Assembly: GCA_964584785.1 (NCBI GenBank)
Contig: CAZPBY010000012.1
Coordinates: forward strand, 56,590 to 120,589
From: an uncultured Solibacteraceae bacterium
GTDB taxonomy: Bacteria > Acidobacteriota > Terriglobia > 20CM-2-55-15
Length of the DNA: 64,000 nt
Direction: 5' to 3'
Shown: positions 7,216-17,464 of the stretch, in pieces
How the letters are laid out: each line of letters opens with the position of its first letter
How positions within the stretch are numbered: the first letter of the stretch is position 1
The notes under the pieces: generated by a model
What the model was told of the DNA's origin: nothing
The model's database searches: none
Seen by the model: only the letters and a program-made list of their open reading frames with translations
Made by a program: the position numbers and the translations under genes

Positions 7216-10212
7216 ATGAAGTTCTATCGTTTGCTGCTCGTCTTATCCGTATTTTTATTTTCCTTTTCATATGTTTACGCTGAGTCCACCTCTTCGACCG
7301 GCCGCGGTAACGGTCTTGATCGAACGGCTTCCGCACTCGCGCTTCATCAACTAAACCTGCAAAGACTCGGCGGCGCCCTGACGGGCTTGCAACCGAGAGC
7401 GCTGAAAGATCAAGGCAACGTGTCGGTCATGCAGGATGATGGAACGTTGATTGTTCCGCTGAACCGGTTCGATTTGTCGAATCGTTCCGTGACCTTTACG
7501 CCACGAACAAGCGGATATCAAGTGATCAGCGGCCCAACAGGCTACGAGAGCGTTGCAGGATCCGTCATCAACTTGAATCTTGATGACGACGACACGTATC
7601 AGCTGAACTTGCCCTTTCCATTCACATTTTATGGAGTGAACTACAACTCGGTTTACGTGAACACCGATGGCAATCTGACGTTTGGCATATCTGATACGGC
7701 TCACACCGAACGGGACCTCCATCGTGTCGTCGACGGGCCGCCGCGGATCGCTCCGCTGCTGGACGATTTACTTCCGAGCCGGACGGGTTTTGTATCGATC
7801 ACGAAGTTCGCAGACAGAGTTCGTGTCGACTGGAATTCGATCAGCGAGTACGGCCGCCGGCAAACCAGCACGTTTCAGGTCATCCTGAATGCCAGCGGCG
7901 TCATTCAATTCAATTACCTCAGCGTCAACATCACCGGCGGAGTTGTCGCACTTTCGCCGGGCAAGTCTTCGCCCCTGCAGACGATGGATTTTTCGCAGCA
8001 AACGTCCTCGACAACCATTACGGGAATCGTTGCTGAAGTGTTTTCCAATGTCGAAGAACTGGATCTAACGTCGATCAGCGCGTCGTTCCTGCAGACCCAC
8101 CGCGATGCTTACGATGCGCTGTTTATTTTTTCGGATTTCACTCTCGACCTCGGTAACGCCTTCGCTTATGAGATTCCGGTCAGAAACGATATCCAGGGGA
8201 TCATGCCCGGATACGGCTCCTTCGATTACGGCTCCGATTACGGTTCCGCCGGCCGCCTGTCGTCGCTGGTCAATGCGGGCGCAATAAGCAACTACGTCAC
8301 GGATCCGCAGGAGATTTTTCTCGGAACAAACAACACCCTGGACATTCTCGGTCAGGAGTTCGGACACCGCTGGCTGGCGTATATCGACACGTCTCCATCG
8401 TCGATGCTCGGAAGAGACATGGCTCATTGGAGTTTCTTCATGAACACGGAGGGATCCGTGATGGAGGGGAATCAGATTCAGGATCTGGGAAACAACACGT
8501 TCAGGACCATCGGAGCCACTTTCCGATACAGCCCGCTGGACCAGTACATCATGGGTCTGCGCGATACAACCGAGGTCCCACCGTGGTTCGTCGTCGCGAA
8601 TCCGCGAATGCTTTCCGCTCCTCCCGGTTTCACCTGCACGACATTCGTTGCATCATGCGCTCCCGCGGTTGGCGTGGAGTTCTCCGGAACGCGCCGCGAT
8701 CTCACCATCAACAACGTCATTTCGATTGCGGGCGCGCGAGTGCCGTCCGCGGCCAATTCACAGAAGGACTTCTCGGTCGCGTTCATCCTTATCACCAGGC
8801 AGGGACAGGAAGCGAACGGGAAATCGATTACTCATATCGAAAATGTCCGCCGGCAGTGGGAACAGTTTTTCGTGAGCGCAGTAGACGGGCGGGCAACGAT
8901 GACGACCTCCCTGCTCTATCCGCTGACGACACGGATGCAGGTCAGCATTCCAGCGAACGGCAGCACCGATCTGGAAAGCGTCGCGTCGGGCAGCACGCAG
9001 GTTGGATACGGAACGCTCGAACAAGGATTCGGCGTTGCGGTTCTTCGATCGTTTTCCGGACCTAAGCTAATCGCCGAAGCAGCCGTCCCCGCAATGCCCG
9101 CCGCATCGCACTGGGTGATGTACGCCGAGAAGGCGGCAGCACTCTCCACGGGCGTCGCCATCGCAAATCCGAATGGGGTGCCCGCGAACTTAACGCTTCG
9201 CTTGAACGACGGCAGGCAGGCGAACATACAGCTTGCCGCCAAAAATCATCGGGCCGCGTTTGTGGAAGAGTTGTTGGGAGTCTCCGAACCGTTCCTCGGA
9301 GTCCTGACGATTGATTCAGACGTCAATGTCGCTGTCGTTGCTTTGCGCGGTTCCATCAGTGCGAGCGGTGATTTCATCATGACGACAATTCCGATGACGT
9401 CCGCCCCTCCGTCGACCGATACCGTGGCATTTCCGATAATCGCGGATGGCGGCACTTACAAAACGGAAATCATTCTGGTCAACTCGGATTCGGCGCCAAG
9501 CATGGGCGCCATTCGATTCTCACCCGGAAACGAAGTCTCTTTCTCGATTGCGCCCGGCAGTGTCTGGAAATACCAGACACCAGGCACAGGTCCGGACGTG
9601 ATTTCAGGAAGCGCTACATTAAGGACGGACTCCGGCGCCACGCCGGACGCGGTTGCGATCATACGATTCAGTTCCGCGGCCGGCCTGATTTCGGAGACTG
9701 GAGTTCCCGCTCAGCATCTGCTGACGCGGGGCCTGATGTTTGGGTCGATGGATACGAATCTTCGCACCGGACTGGCGATCCTCAATCCATCCGCAACCCC
9801 CGTGAACATTCAGCTCACTGCGCGCAACAGCGACGGCACGATTGCAACGGCAGGATCCGTCTCTCTCGATCCTTCCGGCCGAATTTCAGCGTTTCTCGAT
9901 GAGATGATCCCCGGCTTTGCGTCATCGTTCCACGGCACCGTCACGCTCGAATCGGACGGACCTGTGTATGCGGTTTCCATCCGAGGAACCACAATTGAAA
10001 ACGGCGGCTTTGTGATGTCCACCGTCCCGATCATGGACGCGAACCAAAGCGTCGCCGCAACCGGATATTTCCCTCAGATCGCGACCGGGTCCGCGTTCAC
10101 CACGGAGTTTCTCGTGGCCGACTCGGTCTCCACGACGTTTTCTCTGACGTTCACGAGTTCTTCAGGTGACCCTCTCTCCCTGGCCCTTAAGAACTGGTTC
10201 CCGGGCAACTAG
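7216..10212 (+). CDS. Large secreted protein of unknown function. The N-terminal region contains a zincin-like QEFGH motif. The C-terminal half holds about four ~100-aa beta-rich repeats marked by a G-x-A-I-[AL]-N-P-[NS] signature.
   Basis: Sec signal peptide MKFYRLLLVLSVFLFSFSYVYA. Repeats: GVAIANPNGVPANLTLRLNDGRQ, GLAILNPSATPVNIQLTARNSDGT. Motif DILGQEFGHRW at nt 8344-8367. No recognisable catalytic family. Confidence 0.7.
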   Translation: MKFYRLLLVLSVFLFSFSYVYAESTSSTGRGNGLDRTASALALHQLNLQRLGGALTGLQPRALKDQGNVSVMQDDGTLIVPLNRFDLSNRSVTFTPRTSGYQVISGPTGYESVAGSVINLNLDDDDTYQLNLPFPFTFYGVNYNSVYVNTDGNLTFGISDTAHTERDLHRVVDGPPRIAPLLDDLLPSRTGFVSITKFADRVRVDWNSISEYGRRQTSTFQVILNASGVIQFNYLSVNITGGVVALSPGKSSPLQTMDFSQQTSSTTITGIVAEVFSNVEELDLTSISASFLQTHRDAYDALFIFSDFTLDLGNAFAYEIPVRNDIQGIMPGYGSFDYGSDYGSAGRLSSLVNAGAISNYVTDPQEIFLGTNNTLDILGQEFGHRWLAYIDTSPSSMLGRDMAHWSFFMNTEGSVMEGNQIQDLGNNTFRTIGATFRYSPLDQYIMGLRDTTEVPPWFVVANPRMLSAPPGFTCTTFVASCAPAVGVEFSGTRRDLTINNVISIAGARVPSAANSQKDFSVAFILITRQGQEANGKSITHIENVRRQWEQFFVSAVDGRATMTTSLLYPLTTRMQVSIPANGSTDLESVASGSTQVGYGTLEQGFGVAVLRSFSGPKLIAEAAVPAMPAASHWVMYAEKAAALSTGVAIANPNGVPANLTLRLNDGRQANIQLAAKNHRAAFVEELLGVSEPFLGVLTIDSDVNVAVVALRGSISASGDFIMTTIPMTSAPPSTDTVAFPIIADGGTYKTEIILVNSDSAPSMGAIRFSPGNEVSFSIAPGSVWKYQTPGTGPDVISGSATLRTDSGATPDAVAIIRFSSAAGLISETGVPAQHLLTRGLMFGSMDTNLRTGLAILNPSATPVNIQLTARNSDGTIATAGSVSLDPSGRISAFLDEMIPGFASSFHGTVTLESDGPVYAVSIRGTTIENGGFVMSTVPIMDANQSVAATGYFPQIATGSAFTTEFLVADSVSTTFSLTFTSSSGDPLSLALKNWFPGN

Positions 10213-10276
10213 AGCAACGGCCTCGCCAGACACTGGCAACGCAACTCCGCCATAGAGTTGTTTCCGCTTCAAAGTG

Positions 10277-10321
10277 CCATCCGAATGATAGTGTCGGTCA
10301 TCATCCGGATGGTTTCCTCCC
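10277..10321 (+). terminator. Putative intrinsic terminator of gene 7216-10212.
   Basis: Stem ccatccgaatgat (10277-10289) / atcatccggatgg (10300-10312) matches at 12 of 13 positions and is followed by tttcc. Confidence 0.4.
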
Positions 10322-10457
10322 GATTCGTCAGGCTTAATGCGTCTTCCTGATTCTCAACATTCTCACGTAAAAACACGCATCTGCGCCTTAGTGCGCAATG
10401 GCCGATCAACTGCGTTAGCGGAAGCCGGTTGAAAAATTCACGAGGAGGTGAGCAGAA

Positions 10458-11789
10458 ATGAAAATCTGCCATATGTTCGCGATCGCTTCGGTTTTCGCAA
10501 TTGCCGGCTTCCTGACCGGCGGAGGTGTCACGGCGAATGCGCAGTACACCTATGACAACTACTATCCACCCACACCGTCGCAGGGACCTCCCCTCGCGTC
10601 GGGAACAACGTTTTTCACGGTGGACACGTTTATAACTCCTGAAGTGTACGGCCGCATCGACCGGTCCATTCGGGACAACAACCACTGCTATAACGCGGTC
10701 AAATCCGGCGCTCCATCGTGTTTCAGTACCGAGGGAGTCGACGACAACGACAATTGCGTTTGGGGTTGCACCAAGAACGGCGTCTTTATCCCGCGGCCGA
10801 CGTCCGCTGCCATGATCTCGGCCTCCGAGAAAAGGTATTCGCCTCGACTCAGCCAGACTCTGTATCCCGACCGGCCCAATGAAAACGTCGCACAGACCCC
10901 GTTCTTCGTGGTTTACAGCCTGACGCAAATCTGGGGATGCGGCTCGTTAGGATGCCACGAGTATCCCTACTCGCGAACGGTCAGCCAATCCATCGATGTC
11001 TACATTGCTTGCCAGGACTGGCAAAAGGGAGCGGGCAAGCTGGCCGCTGCCACAGTTGTGTCGCGGGCATACATGGACGCGGACCACAGCGTGGTTGAAG
11101 ATACTCTGTTTGGAATTCTGTGGAACGACGTGATTCCGAACTATGTCGACAGCAGGGTCCGCTCGGCGCTTTCGAATTTCGGCTCGGGGACGAGTTCCAA
11201 ATTGTTAGGCAAAACCGATCCCGATGGAACGTTCCATCCGATCGACTGCAGCCGATTGGGCGTCCTCTCGTTCCCGAACGAAGTCGATGCCAAATTTGAA
11301 ACCATCAATTACGACTACTTCCCCACCCGCATCCTGCTGGCCGCGCAGCAGATTACGGTTCGCATTACGCAAATCCGGCGATTGGCCTTGCATGATTCCA
11401 GCGGAAGCATCGTCCGCTACGCCACGGAGTATCCGATGCTGGAATTCTATGCAGGCTACGCGAAGACCACGTTGAATCTGCCGCCGATGATGGAGAACTC
11501 CACTTATTATCCGCCGTCGACCGCCGCCTTGTCCGTTCCCGTTCCGTCAGACGCGGGCCAGTTGATCCTGATCGCGAACATGTGGGATCTCAGCCACTAC
11601 ACCCGCGACCCGCGGTTTGCCGTGTTCGACAGGACCAGCAATTGGGGAAGCGGCACACAAAAGATACTGACTCCGAAGATCTGGTCCGAATTAAGCCCGC
11701 TCTACCGGAAACCGATACTGATGCGTGGAAACGGTTATGAAGTAACGCTTCAGATCACAGGCCCGCCCACGGCATTTAGAGCGTTTTGA
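10458..11789 (+). CDS. Secreted cysteine-rich hypothetical protein.
   Basis: Signal peptide MKICHMFAIASVFAIAGFLTGGGVTANA. Strong RBS GAGGAGG 8 nt upstream. Many Cys residues. No recognisable domain. Confidence 0.65.
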   Translation: MKICHMFAIASVFAIAGFLTGGGVTANAQYTYDNYYPPTPSQGPPLASGTTFFTVDTFITPEVYGRIDRSIRDNNHCYNAVKSGAPSCFSTEGVDDNDNCVWGCTKNGVFIPRPTSAAMISASEKRYSPRLSQTLYPDRPNENVAQTPFFVVYSLTQIWGCGSLGCHEYPYSRTVSQSIDVYIACQDWQKGAGKLAAATVVSRAYMDADHSVVEDTLFGILWNDVIPNYVDSRVRSALSNFGSGTSSKLLGKTDPDGTFHPIDCSRLGVLSFPNEVDAKFETINYDYFPTRILLAAQQITVRITQIRRLALHDSSGSIVRYATEYPMLEFYAGYAKTTLNLPPMMENSTYYPPSTAALSVPVPSDAGQLILIANMWDLSHYTRDPRFAVFDRTSNWGSGTQKILTPKIWSELSPLYRKPILMRGNGYEVTLQITGPPTAFRAF

Positions 11790-11800
11790 ATCGCCGGACC

Positions 11801-11837
11801 ATCACGAAGCCCAAAGCGCAATGACGGGCTTCGTGAT
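11801..11837. terminator. Bidirectional hairpin between convergent genes.
   Basis: atcacgaagccc (11801-11812) pairs with gggcttcgtgat (11826-11837); 12-bp perfect stem. Confidence 0.45.
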
Positions 11838-11883
11838 GCCAGGCGTGCGCCCCACAGAACGACTCGACACCGTACTCGAAGCG

Positions 11884-13149
11884 TTAGGGAGTGTTGCCGC
11901 GGTAGATGATTTTCCCCTGGCGCAGTGTGTACTGAACGGTGGCCAGGGAGCGGAGGTCTTGAGATGGGTCTCCGTTGAACACGGTGATGTCGGCGTCGAA
12001 ATCTGCGGCGATTCTCCCAATTTGTTTCGACAGCCCGAACCGGCCGGCCGGAGTTGTGGTCAGGGAAGCGAGGATCTGCGGAAAGCTCATCCCGGCCTCG
12101 GACATCAGCATGTACTCTGCGGTGGGGTCGTAATCGACGGCGCCAAGATCATTCCCAAACAGAACAGTGCCGCCGGCGCCCAGCCACTCGCGTAGCTGTC
12201 CTACAGCGATACCGGCAGTTTGATCCTGCGTCGATGCGCGATCGTGACGTGCATAGTATTTCCATATCCAGAGCGTCGGTATCAGGGCGACGTGTCGTTC
12301 CATCATGGCGGCGATCGTCGCCTTATCCCACGGACCGGACGATGGAGTGGTGTGCGCGATGACATCCACGCCGCCCCGAACGGCCGTCAGCACATCGGCG
12401 GCCGTATTCGGATGAACGAAGACGGGCTTTCCCCATCGATGAGCTTTGGCAACGGCCGCCTCGATGGTGGACTGAGCCATCGTTGCGCCGCGCTGCGCCG
12501 ACGCGAACAATTTGATTCCGTCCACGCCTGCCTCCAGAAGCTTCGAAGAGGCGGCCTCTGCCTGGGCCACATTCGCAATTTCGGGCACGTCGACCTTCAT
12601 CCAACCCATCATGGAAACGACAATGTCCGGCGGAAGGCCGTCCGGTGGAAGCAGGGCTTCACCGGTCGACTTAATTCGCGGTCCCGCAACTTCACCCGAC
12701 TCGATGCGATCGCGAAGTCGACGCGTGTTGTCCCAAGCCGACGATAGATCAAACGCGCCGGTGAATCCGTATCGCGTCAACATCTCCTGAAGCTGACGCG
12801 TCAGCTCCGGCGCTGGTATGGCTGCGACGTTAGCCCATTTCCTTTCGGTGAAGTGCACATGGCTATTCCAGAAACCCGCAGTTATGGTGAGGCCTGAACA
12901 GTTGATCGTCGGTACCGCCGGATCAAGCCGCACGGTCGGGCGGCCACCGGCGGCCGCAATCTTTCCATCACGGATGAGCACCACGGCGTCTCGGATTGGA
13001 GGCTCGTCAGGACCGGCATATACAGTTCCTCCAACCAAAGCCAGATCGTTTCGAGAAGTGTTGGTCTGACCGATCAACATAAGTGAAACCACGATGACGG
13101 TAACGAGGCCCAGTTTCATCGGGCCGATCCCACTCAACATTAACAACAA
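11884..13149 (-). CDS. Secreted metal-dependent amidohydrolase family protein.
   Basis: N-terminal signal/anchor (MKLGLVTVIVVSLMLIGQ). Amidohydrolase-fold sequence including a GIKLFASAQRG segment (Lys-Leu-Phe dipeptide within a Gly/Ala-rich stretch) and VHPNTAADV...HTTP in the C-terminal half. Divergent from the ADOP permease gene. Confidence 0.7.
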   Translation of the reverse strand: MLLMLSGIGPMKLGLVTVIVVSLMLIGQTNTSRNDLALVGGTVYAGPDEPPIRDAVVLIRDGKIAAAGGRPTVRLDPAVPTINCSGLTITAGFWNSHVHFTERKWANVAAIPAPELTRQLQEMLTRYGFTGAFDLSSAWDNTRRLRDRIESGEVAGPRIKSTGEALLPPDGLPPDIVVSMMGWMKVDVPEIANVAQAEAASSKLLEAGVDGIKLFASAQRGATMAQSTIEAAVAKAHRWGKPVFVHPNTAADVLTAVRGGVDVIAHTTPSSGPWDKATIAAMMERHVALIPTLWIWKYYARHDRASTQDQTAGIAVGQLREWLGAGGTVLFGNDLGAVDYDPTAEYMLMSEAGMSFPQILASLTTTPAGRFGLSKQIGRIAADFDADITVFNGDPSQDLRSLATVQYTLRQGKIIYRGNTP

Positions 13150-13206
13150 ATGTGGAACACGGGAAGGCGGCCGACCGTATTCCGTGACACTCCGGAGGTC
13201 GTCAAG

Positions 13207-15651
13207 ATGGATGTTCGATTTGCGATACGGACTCTCGCCCGAAACAAAACGTTCACGGCGATTGCTGTGCTGACGCTTGCTGTCGGCATCGGCGCCAACA
13301 CCGCGATTTTCAGCGTCGTCAATGGCGTGCTGTTGCGCCCGCTGCCCTATGACAGTCCGGAGCGGCTCTTCGTTCTTCAGGAAAACATCCCAAGCCTGAG
13401 CCGAATTGCGCCCGTGCTTCCGGTCTCAGGCAATCATTTCACGGCGTGGCGCCGGGACTGCAGGTCGTGCGAAGCAATGTCGGCATTGCGGCCGATGACA
13501 TTCAATCTCACAGGGGAAGGCGCTCCCGAACGGGTCAGCGCCGCCCGAGTATCGGCGAATCTTTTTAACGTGCTGGGTATTCAACCGCAACTTGGGCGAT
13601 GGTTCACCGAGCAGGAAGATCAACCCGGCAACGATCGCGTCGTCATGCTCAGCGACACCTTCTGGCGCCGCAGGTTCATGGCGGATGCTTCGATCGCGGG
13701 TAAGACCATTCGTCTGAACGGCAACCCTTTCACGATTGTGGGAGTGCTGCCGGCGAGTTTCGTCCCACCGAAAGGCTATGAGTTGAACGCTCTCGTGGGC
13801 TTCGATCAGCGTACGGATATGTGGACGCCGGTTGCTTTTAGTCCGGAGGATCTGCGCAGTCCGCTCGGAAATTTCAATTACAGCGCGATCGTTCGAGCGA
13901 AGCCGCAGGTAACGGCGCAGCAGATTACGGACGAACTGAATTCGATCACCGCAGGCATCGTCAATTCCATTCCGAACGAAAAGGATCGAGCCGAGGTCCG
14001 CGTATTCGTGCTTCCAATGCAGAATCAAATTGTCGGAAATGCGCGCCAGTCGTTGCTTTTGCTGATGGCTTCTGTGGGAGCTCTGTTGCTGATCGTTTGC
14101 GCAAACCTGGCAAACCTTTTGCTGGCGCGGGGATCGGCACGTCAACGGGAACTTGCGGTTCGCACGGCTCTCGGCGCGAACCGAACTCGCCTGCTCCGCC
14201 AGCTCCTCGTCGAGAATCTGATCATCGCACTGATCGGCGGCGCGCTTGGATTGATCGTCGTGGCGGCGGCCCTGCGGATCTTACGGGCATACGCGCCACA
14301 CGACTTGCCGCGTGTCGAATCGATATCGATTGATGCGTGGGTGTTGATGTTCACGATGCTGCTCTCGGGCGTCGCCAGTATCGTCTTCGGATGGATTCCG
14401 GCGTGGCGCGGCGCCAGATCCGATCCGCAGGGCGGCTTGCGCGGAGGCCGGGGCCTCTCGGAAAGCCACGCCGGCGGCCGTCTCCGGACGGTTTTCGTTG
14501 CGGCCGAAGTCGCGCTCAGTGTGACATTGCTTGTCGCTGCCGGCTTGCTTCTGAGCAGTTTTGCCAATGCCCTCCGAGTCGACAAGGGATTCAACGAGGC
14601 TGGTACTCTCGCTGCAGACCTCACGTTGCCACCTGGCAAATATCAGCAAGCGATGTCGCGTATCGCATTCTTCGACGCCGTCCTGGAACGCGTGAAGAAT
14701 GTCCCGGGTGTGGAGACTGTCGGGTTGACCAATGTACTACCTCTAAGCGGGCACGGAGAGGTGAACCCTATCATTCCGGAAGGGTCCGATCCAGCCATCA
14801 AAGACTCTGCGGTAACCGATACGCGTTACGTCAACCGCGACTACTTTCGAGCGATGTCGATTCCTTTACAACGCGGCGAGGTCTTTCAGGAATCGGATCG
14901 TCCGCGCAAAATCGCGCTGGTATCCGCGCGAACGGCCGAGCGAGTGTGGCCGGGAGAAAACCCGATCGGCAAAAGATTTCGTTACAACAGCCGTACGGGT
15001 CCCTTTTCGGAAGTGATCGGCGTCGTCGGTGATGTACAGAACACCAGCTTGCAGGAAACGGCTGCCGATCAAACATTGATGGTGTACATCCCGTATTGGG
15101 AGCGCACGCCTACAACAGCGTCTGTGGTGGTGCGCGCATCCGTTCCGCCGGGGGCCATCGCACAGCCGATCCGCAGGGCGATCTGGCAGGTAGATCCCGA
15201 CTTGCCGGTTCCTGAATTCCGGACGATGCAGCAAGTCGTCTCCGCAACCGTTGAAAGTGAGCGCTTCCGGTTAATCCTCGTCGTGGCATTTTCGTCCACC
15301 GCAATTGCGCTTGCGGCACTCGGCGTTTACGGAGTTGTCGCGTATTCGGTGTCTCAGCGTCGCAATGAGATCGGGATTCGCATCGCGTTGGGCGCGGATG
15401 GAGTCCAGGTACGCCACATGGTTCTGCGTCAGGGACTCAAGCCCGTCGTCGTTGGATTGGCGTTAGGTATCGCAGGAGCGCTGGCCACGGGCAGGTTGCT
15501 CGGAGGACTCCTGTTTGGTGTGTCCAGTCACGATTCCCGTGTTTATGCAATCGTGTCGGGAATTGTGATCATCGCGGCTTTATGCGCCTGTTATCCGCCC
15601 GCACGAAGCGCGTCACGCGCGAACCCCGCTACGGTACTGCGAGAAGGCTAG
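13207..15651 (+). CDS. ABC transporter permease of the MacB/FtsX-like duplicated type (ADOP family: Acidobacterial duplicated orphan permease).
   Basis: ~815 aa. N-terminus MDVRFAIRTLARNKTFTAIAVLTLAVGIGANTAIFSVVNGVLLRPLPY is characteristic of ADOP/MacB. Two FtsX-like 4-TM modules, each preceded by a large periplasmic domain. Start placed at 13207 because GGAGG sits 9 nt upstream. Confidence 0.85.
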   Translation: MDVRFAIRTLARNKTFTAIAVLTLAVGIGANTAIFSVVNGVLLRPLPYDSPERLFVLQENIPSLSRIAPVLPVSGNHFTAWRRDCRSCEAMSALRPMTFNLTGEGAPERVSAARVSANLFNVLGIQPQLGRWFTEQEDQPGNDRVVMLSDTFWRRRFMADASIAGKTIRLNGNPFTIVGVLPASFVPPKGYELNALVGFDQRTDMWTPVAFSPEDLRSPLGNFNYSAIVRAKPQVTAQQITDELNSITAGIVNSIPNEKDRAEVRVFVLPMQNQIVGNARQSLLLLMASVGALLLIVCANLANLLLARGSARQRELAVRTALGANRTRLLRQLLVENLIIALIGGALGLIVVAAALRILRAYAPHDLPRVESISIDAWVLMFTMLLSGVASIVFGWIPAWRGARSDPQGGLRGGRGLSESHAGGRLRTVFVAAEVALSVTLLVAAGLLLSSFANALRVDKGFNEAGTLAADLTLPPGKYQQAMSRIAFFDAVLERVKNVPGVETVGLTNVLPLSGHGEVNPIIPEGSDPAIKDSAVTDTRYVNRDYFRAMSIPLQRGEVFQESDRPRKIALVSARTAERVWPGENPIGKRFRYNSRTGPFSEVIGVVGDVQNTSLQETAADQTLMVYIPYWERTPTTASVVVRASVPPGAIAQPIRRAIWQVDPDLPVPEFRTMQQVVSATVESERFRLILVVAFSSTAIALAALGVYGVVAYSVSQRRNEIGIRIALGADGVQVRHMVLRQGLKPVVVGLALGIAGALATGRLLGGLLFGVSSHDSRVYAIVSGIVIIAALCACYPPARSASRANPATVLREG

Positions 15652-15672
15652 GCGTTGTTCTAAGAGTTTGTC

Positions 15673-17271
15673 CTAAGGTACCGTGATCGATTCACCCTTT
15701 AACGCCGGCGTGTGCACGGGTCGACGGCGTGCGTGCGTCGCCTGCTCGAAGCTGTATCCGAGCGACAGCAGTTTTTCTTCACTGAACGCGAGACCGAAGA
15801 ATGAAATACCGACAGGTAAGTCATCGCCGGTAAAACCGGCCGGAACGATGAGATCCGGAAAGCCGGTCAGGTTCGCGATATTGGTCGCTGACGCGGCCGT
15901 CCCTCCCGGCGGATCCGGCGGAGCGGCAATCAACGCGGGCCGCCGCGGCGATGTCGGATAAACAATCGCGTCGAGCTTTTGCGACACAAAGATCCCTTCG
16001 ATGGCGGATCGAACCAGCGGCAGGCCATGATCGCGGACCGACGTGTATTGGTAGTCGTCCAGTTTGCCGCTCGACGCTTCGCGTTTGAATAAAGTCCAGC
16101 GGCTCGGATTCGGCCCGGCGCCGTCGGGTCGCATCGACGTGAACTGATTCGCGCGCTCGATCAACTGCTCGATGTTCTTGGGATAGCTGGGACCGATGGT
16201 CGCAAGATAATCGGCGATTTGTGCAGCAAACTCCGGGTATCGAATGGCGTTATAGAACTCGCCCTTGGCGTCCAGCAGCCACTTGGGGTAACGCACATCG
16301 ATAACAGTGGCGCCGCCGCGTTTCATGGCCTCAATCGAAGCCTCGACAACCCAATCGACATCCGGATCCGAGCCCATGAAATCGCGAGCGATACCGATCC
16401 GGGCACCTTTGAGAGCATTGGCATTCAAACTCTTTGAATAGTCCGTCAGGAATTTGCCTTCGCTTTTCTTTGTTGCAGCGTCGGCCGGATCCACGCCCGT
16501 CATGACGCCCAGCATTGCCGCGATGTCGTAAACGTTACGGGCCATGGGACCGCCCGTATCGAAGGTCAGCGACAACGGAATGATTCCGTCTCGACTCAGC
16601 AATCCATGCGTCGGCTTCAAGCCCACGATTCCGTTCGACGTGGACGGCCCTCGAATCGACCCTCCCGTATCCGTACCCATTCCAAGCGGCGCATATCCCG
16701 CTGCGATCGCGACTCCCGTTCCACCCGACGAACCTGCGGGCGAACGCGTCAGATCATGGGGATTCTTCGACTGTCCGCGAATTGAACTGTAGGCGCCGGC
16801 CGACGCGAACTCGGACATGTTGACCTTCGCCAGAATAATCGCTCCCGCAGCTCGCAGCTTCTTGACCAGGAATGCATCATCGGGTGGAAGCGAGTCTTCG
16901 AGCAATACCGAACCGCCTGTCGTCGGCAGATCGAAAGTGTCGTAGTTGTCCTTCAGTACTACCGGAATGCCATGCAGCACCGAGCGCGGACCCTTCGTTT
17001 TTCGTTCGGCATCGAGCGCTCGAGCCGTTTCGAGGGCTTTGGGATTCAGCGTGATGATGGCGTTCAGATTCGGGCCCTGGCGGTCGTAAGCCTGAATGCG
17101 CGCCAAACAGAGTTGCACAAGCTTTTCGGCCGTCAACGTCCCGGCATTGAATGCAGCGTTGAGTTCCGCGATCGTGGCGTTATCGAAATCGACCGGTTTC
17201 GAAAACGCAGGCGTCAGTAAAGCGACGGTAAGCAGTAGCGCGGCAACTACCGAACGTGTCCATCGATCCAT
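15673..17271 (-). CDS. Secreted amidase-signature family amidase.
   Basis: GGSSGGTGVAIAAGYAPLGMGTDTGGSIRGPS signature. Signal peptide MDRWTRSVVAALLLTVALLTPAFS. Start placed at 17271 with GAGGAGGG upstream. Confidence 0.8.
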   Translation of the reverse strand: MDRWTRSVVAALLLTVALLTPAFSKPVDFDNATIAELNAAFNAGTLTAEKLVQLCLARIQAYDRQGPNLNAIITLNPKALETARALDAERKTKGPRSVLHGIPVVLKDNYDTFDLPTTGGSVLLEDSLPPDDAFLVKKLRAAGAIILAKVNMSEFASAGAYSSIRGQSKNPHDLTRSPAGSSGGTGVAIAAGYAPLGMGTDTGGSIRGPSTSNGIVGLKPTHGLLSRDGIIPLSLTFDTGGPMARNVYDIAAMLGVMTGVDPADAATKKSEGKFLTDYSKSLNANALKGARIGIARDFMGSDPDVDWVVEASIEAMKRGGATVIDVRYPKWLLDAKGEFYNAIRYPEFAAQIADYLATIGPSYPKNIEQLIERANQFTSMRPDGAGPNPSRWTLFKREASSGKLDDYQYTSVRDHGLPLVRSAIEGIFVSQKLDAIVYPTSPRRPALIAAPPDPPGGTAASATNIANLTGFPDLIVPAGFTGDDLPVGISFFGLAFSEEKLLSLGYSFEQATHARRRPVHTPALKGESITVP

Positions 17272-17464
17272 GGGCCCTCCTCTTGTCGTTAATCCGTTCA
17301 AGGACGCTTCTGCTCTACCACAATCGCCGCGGCCAACGCAAAATCTTGCGCGTCGCCCGGATCATCTGTTGTCGTAACTCAGACACGATAGGTCTAGCGT
17401 CGGAGAGATTGTGAAGAGGAGGAATCTTAAGGAGTCGCCCGTTTGTGGGATGGTAACGTCAGGG

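Noticed and set aside
8427-9065. 212-aa plus-strand ORF in an alternate frame inside gene 7216-10212.
   Set aside because: Arg/His-rich high-GC frame artefact fully nested in a signal-peptide-bearing long ORF.
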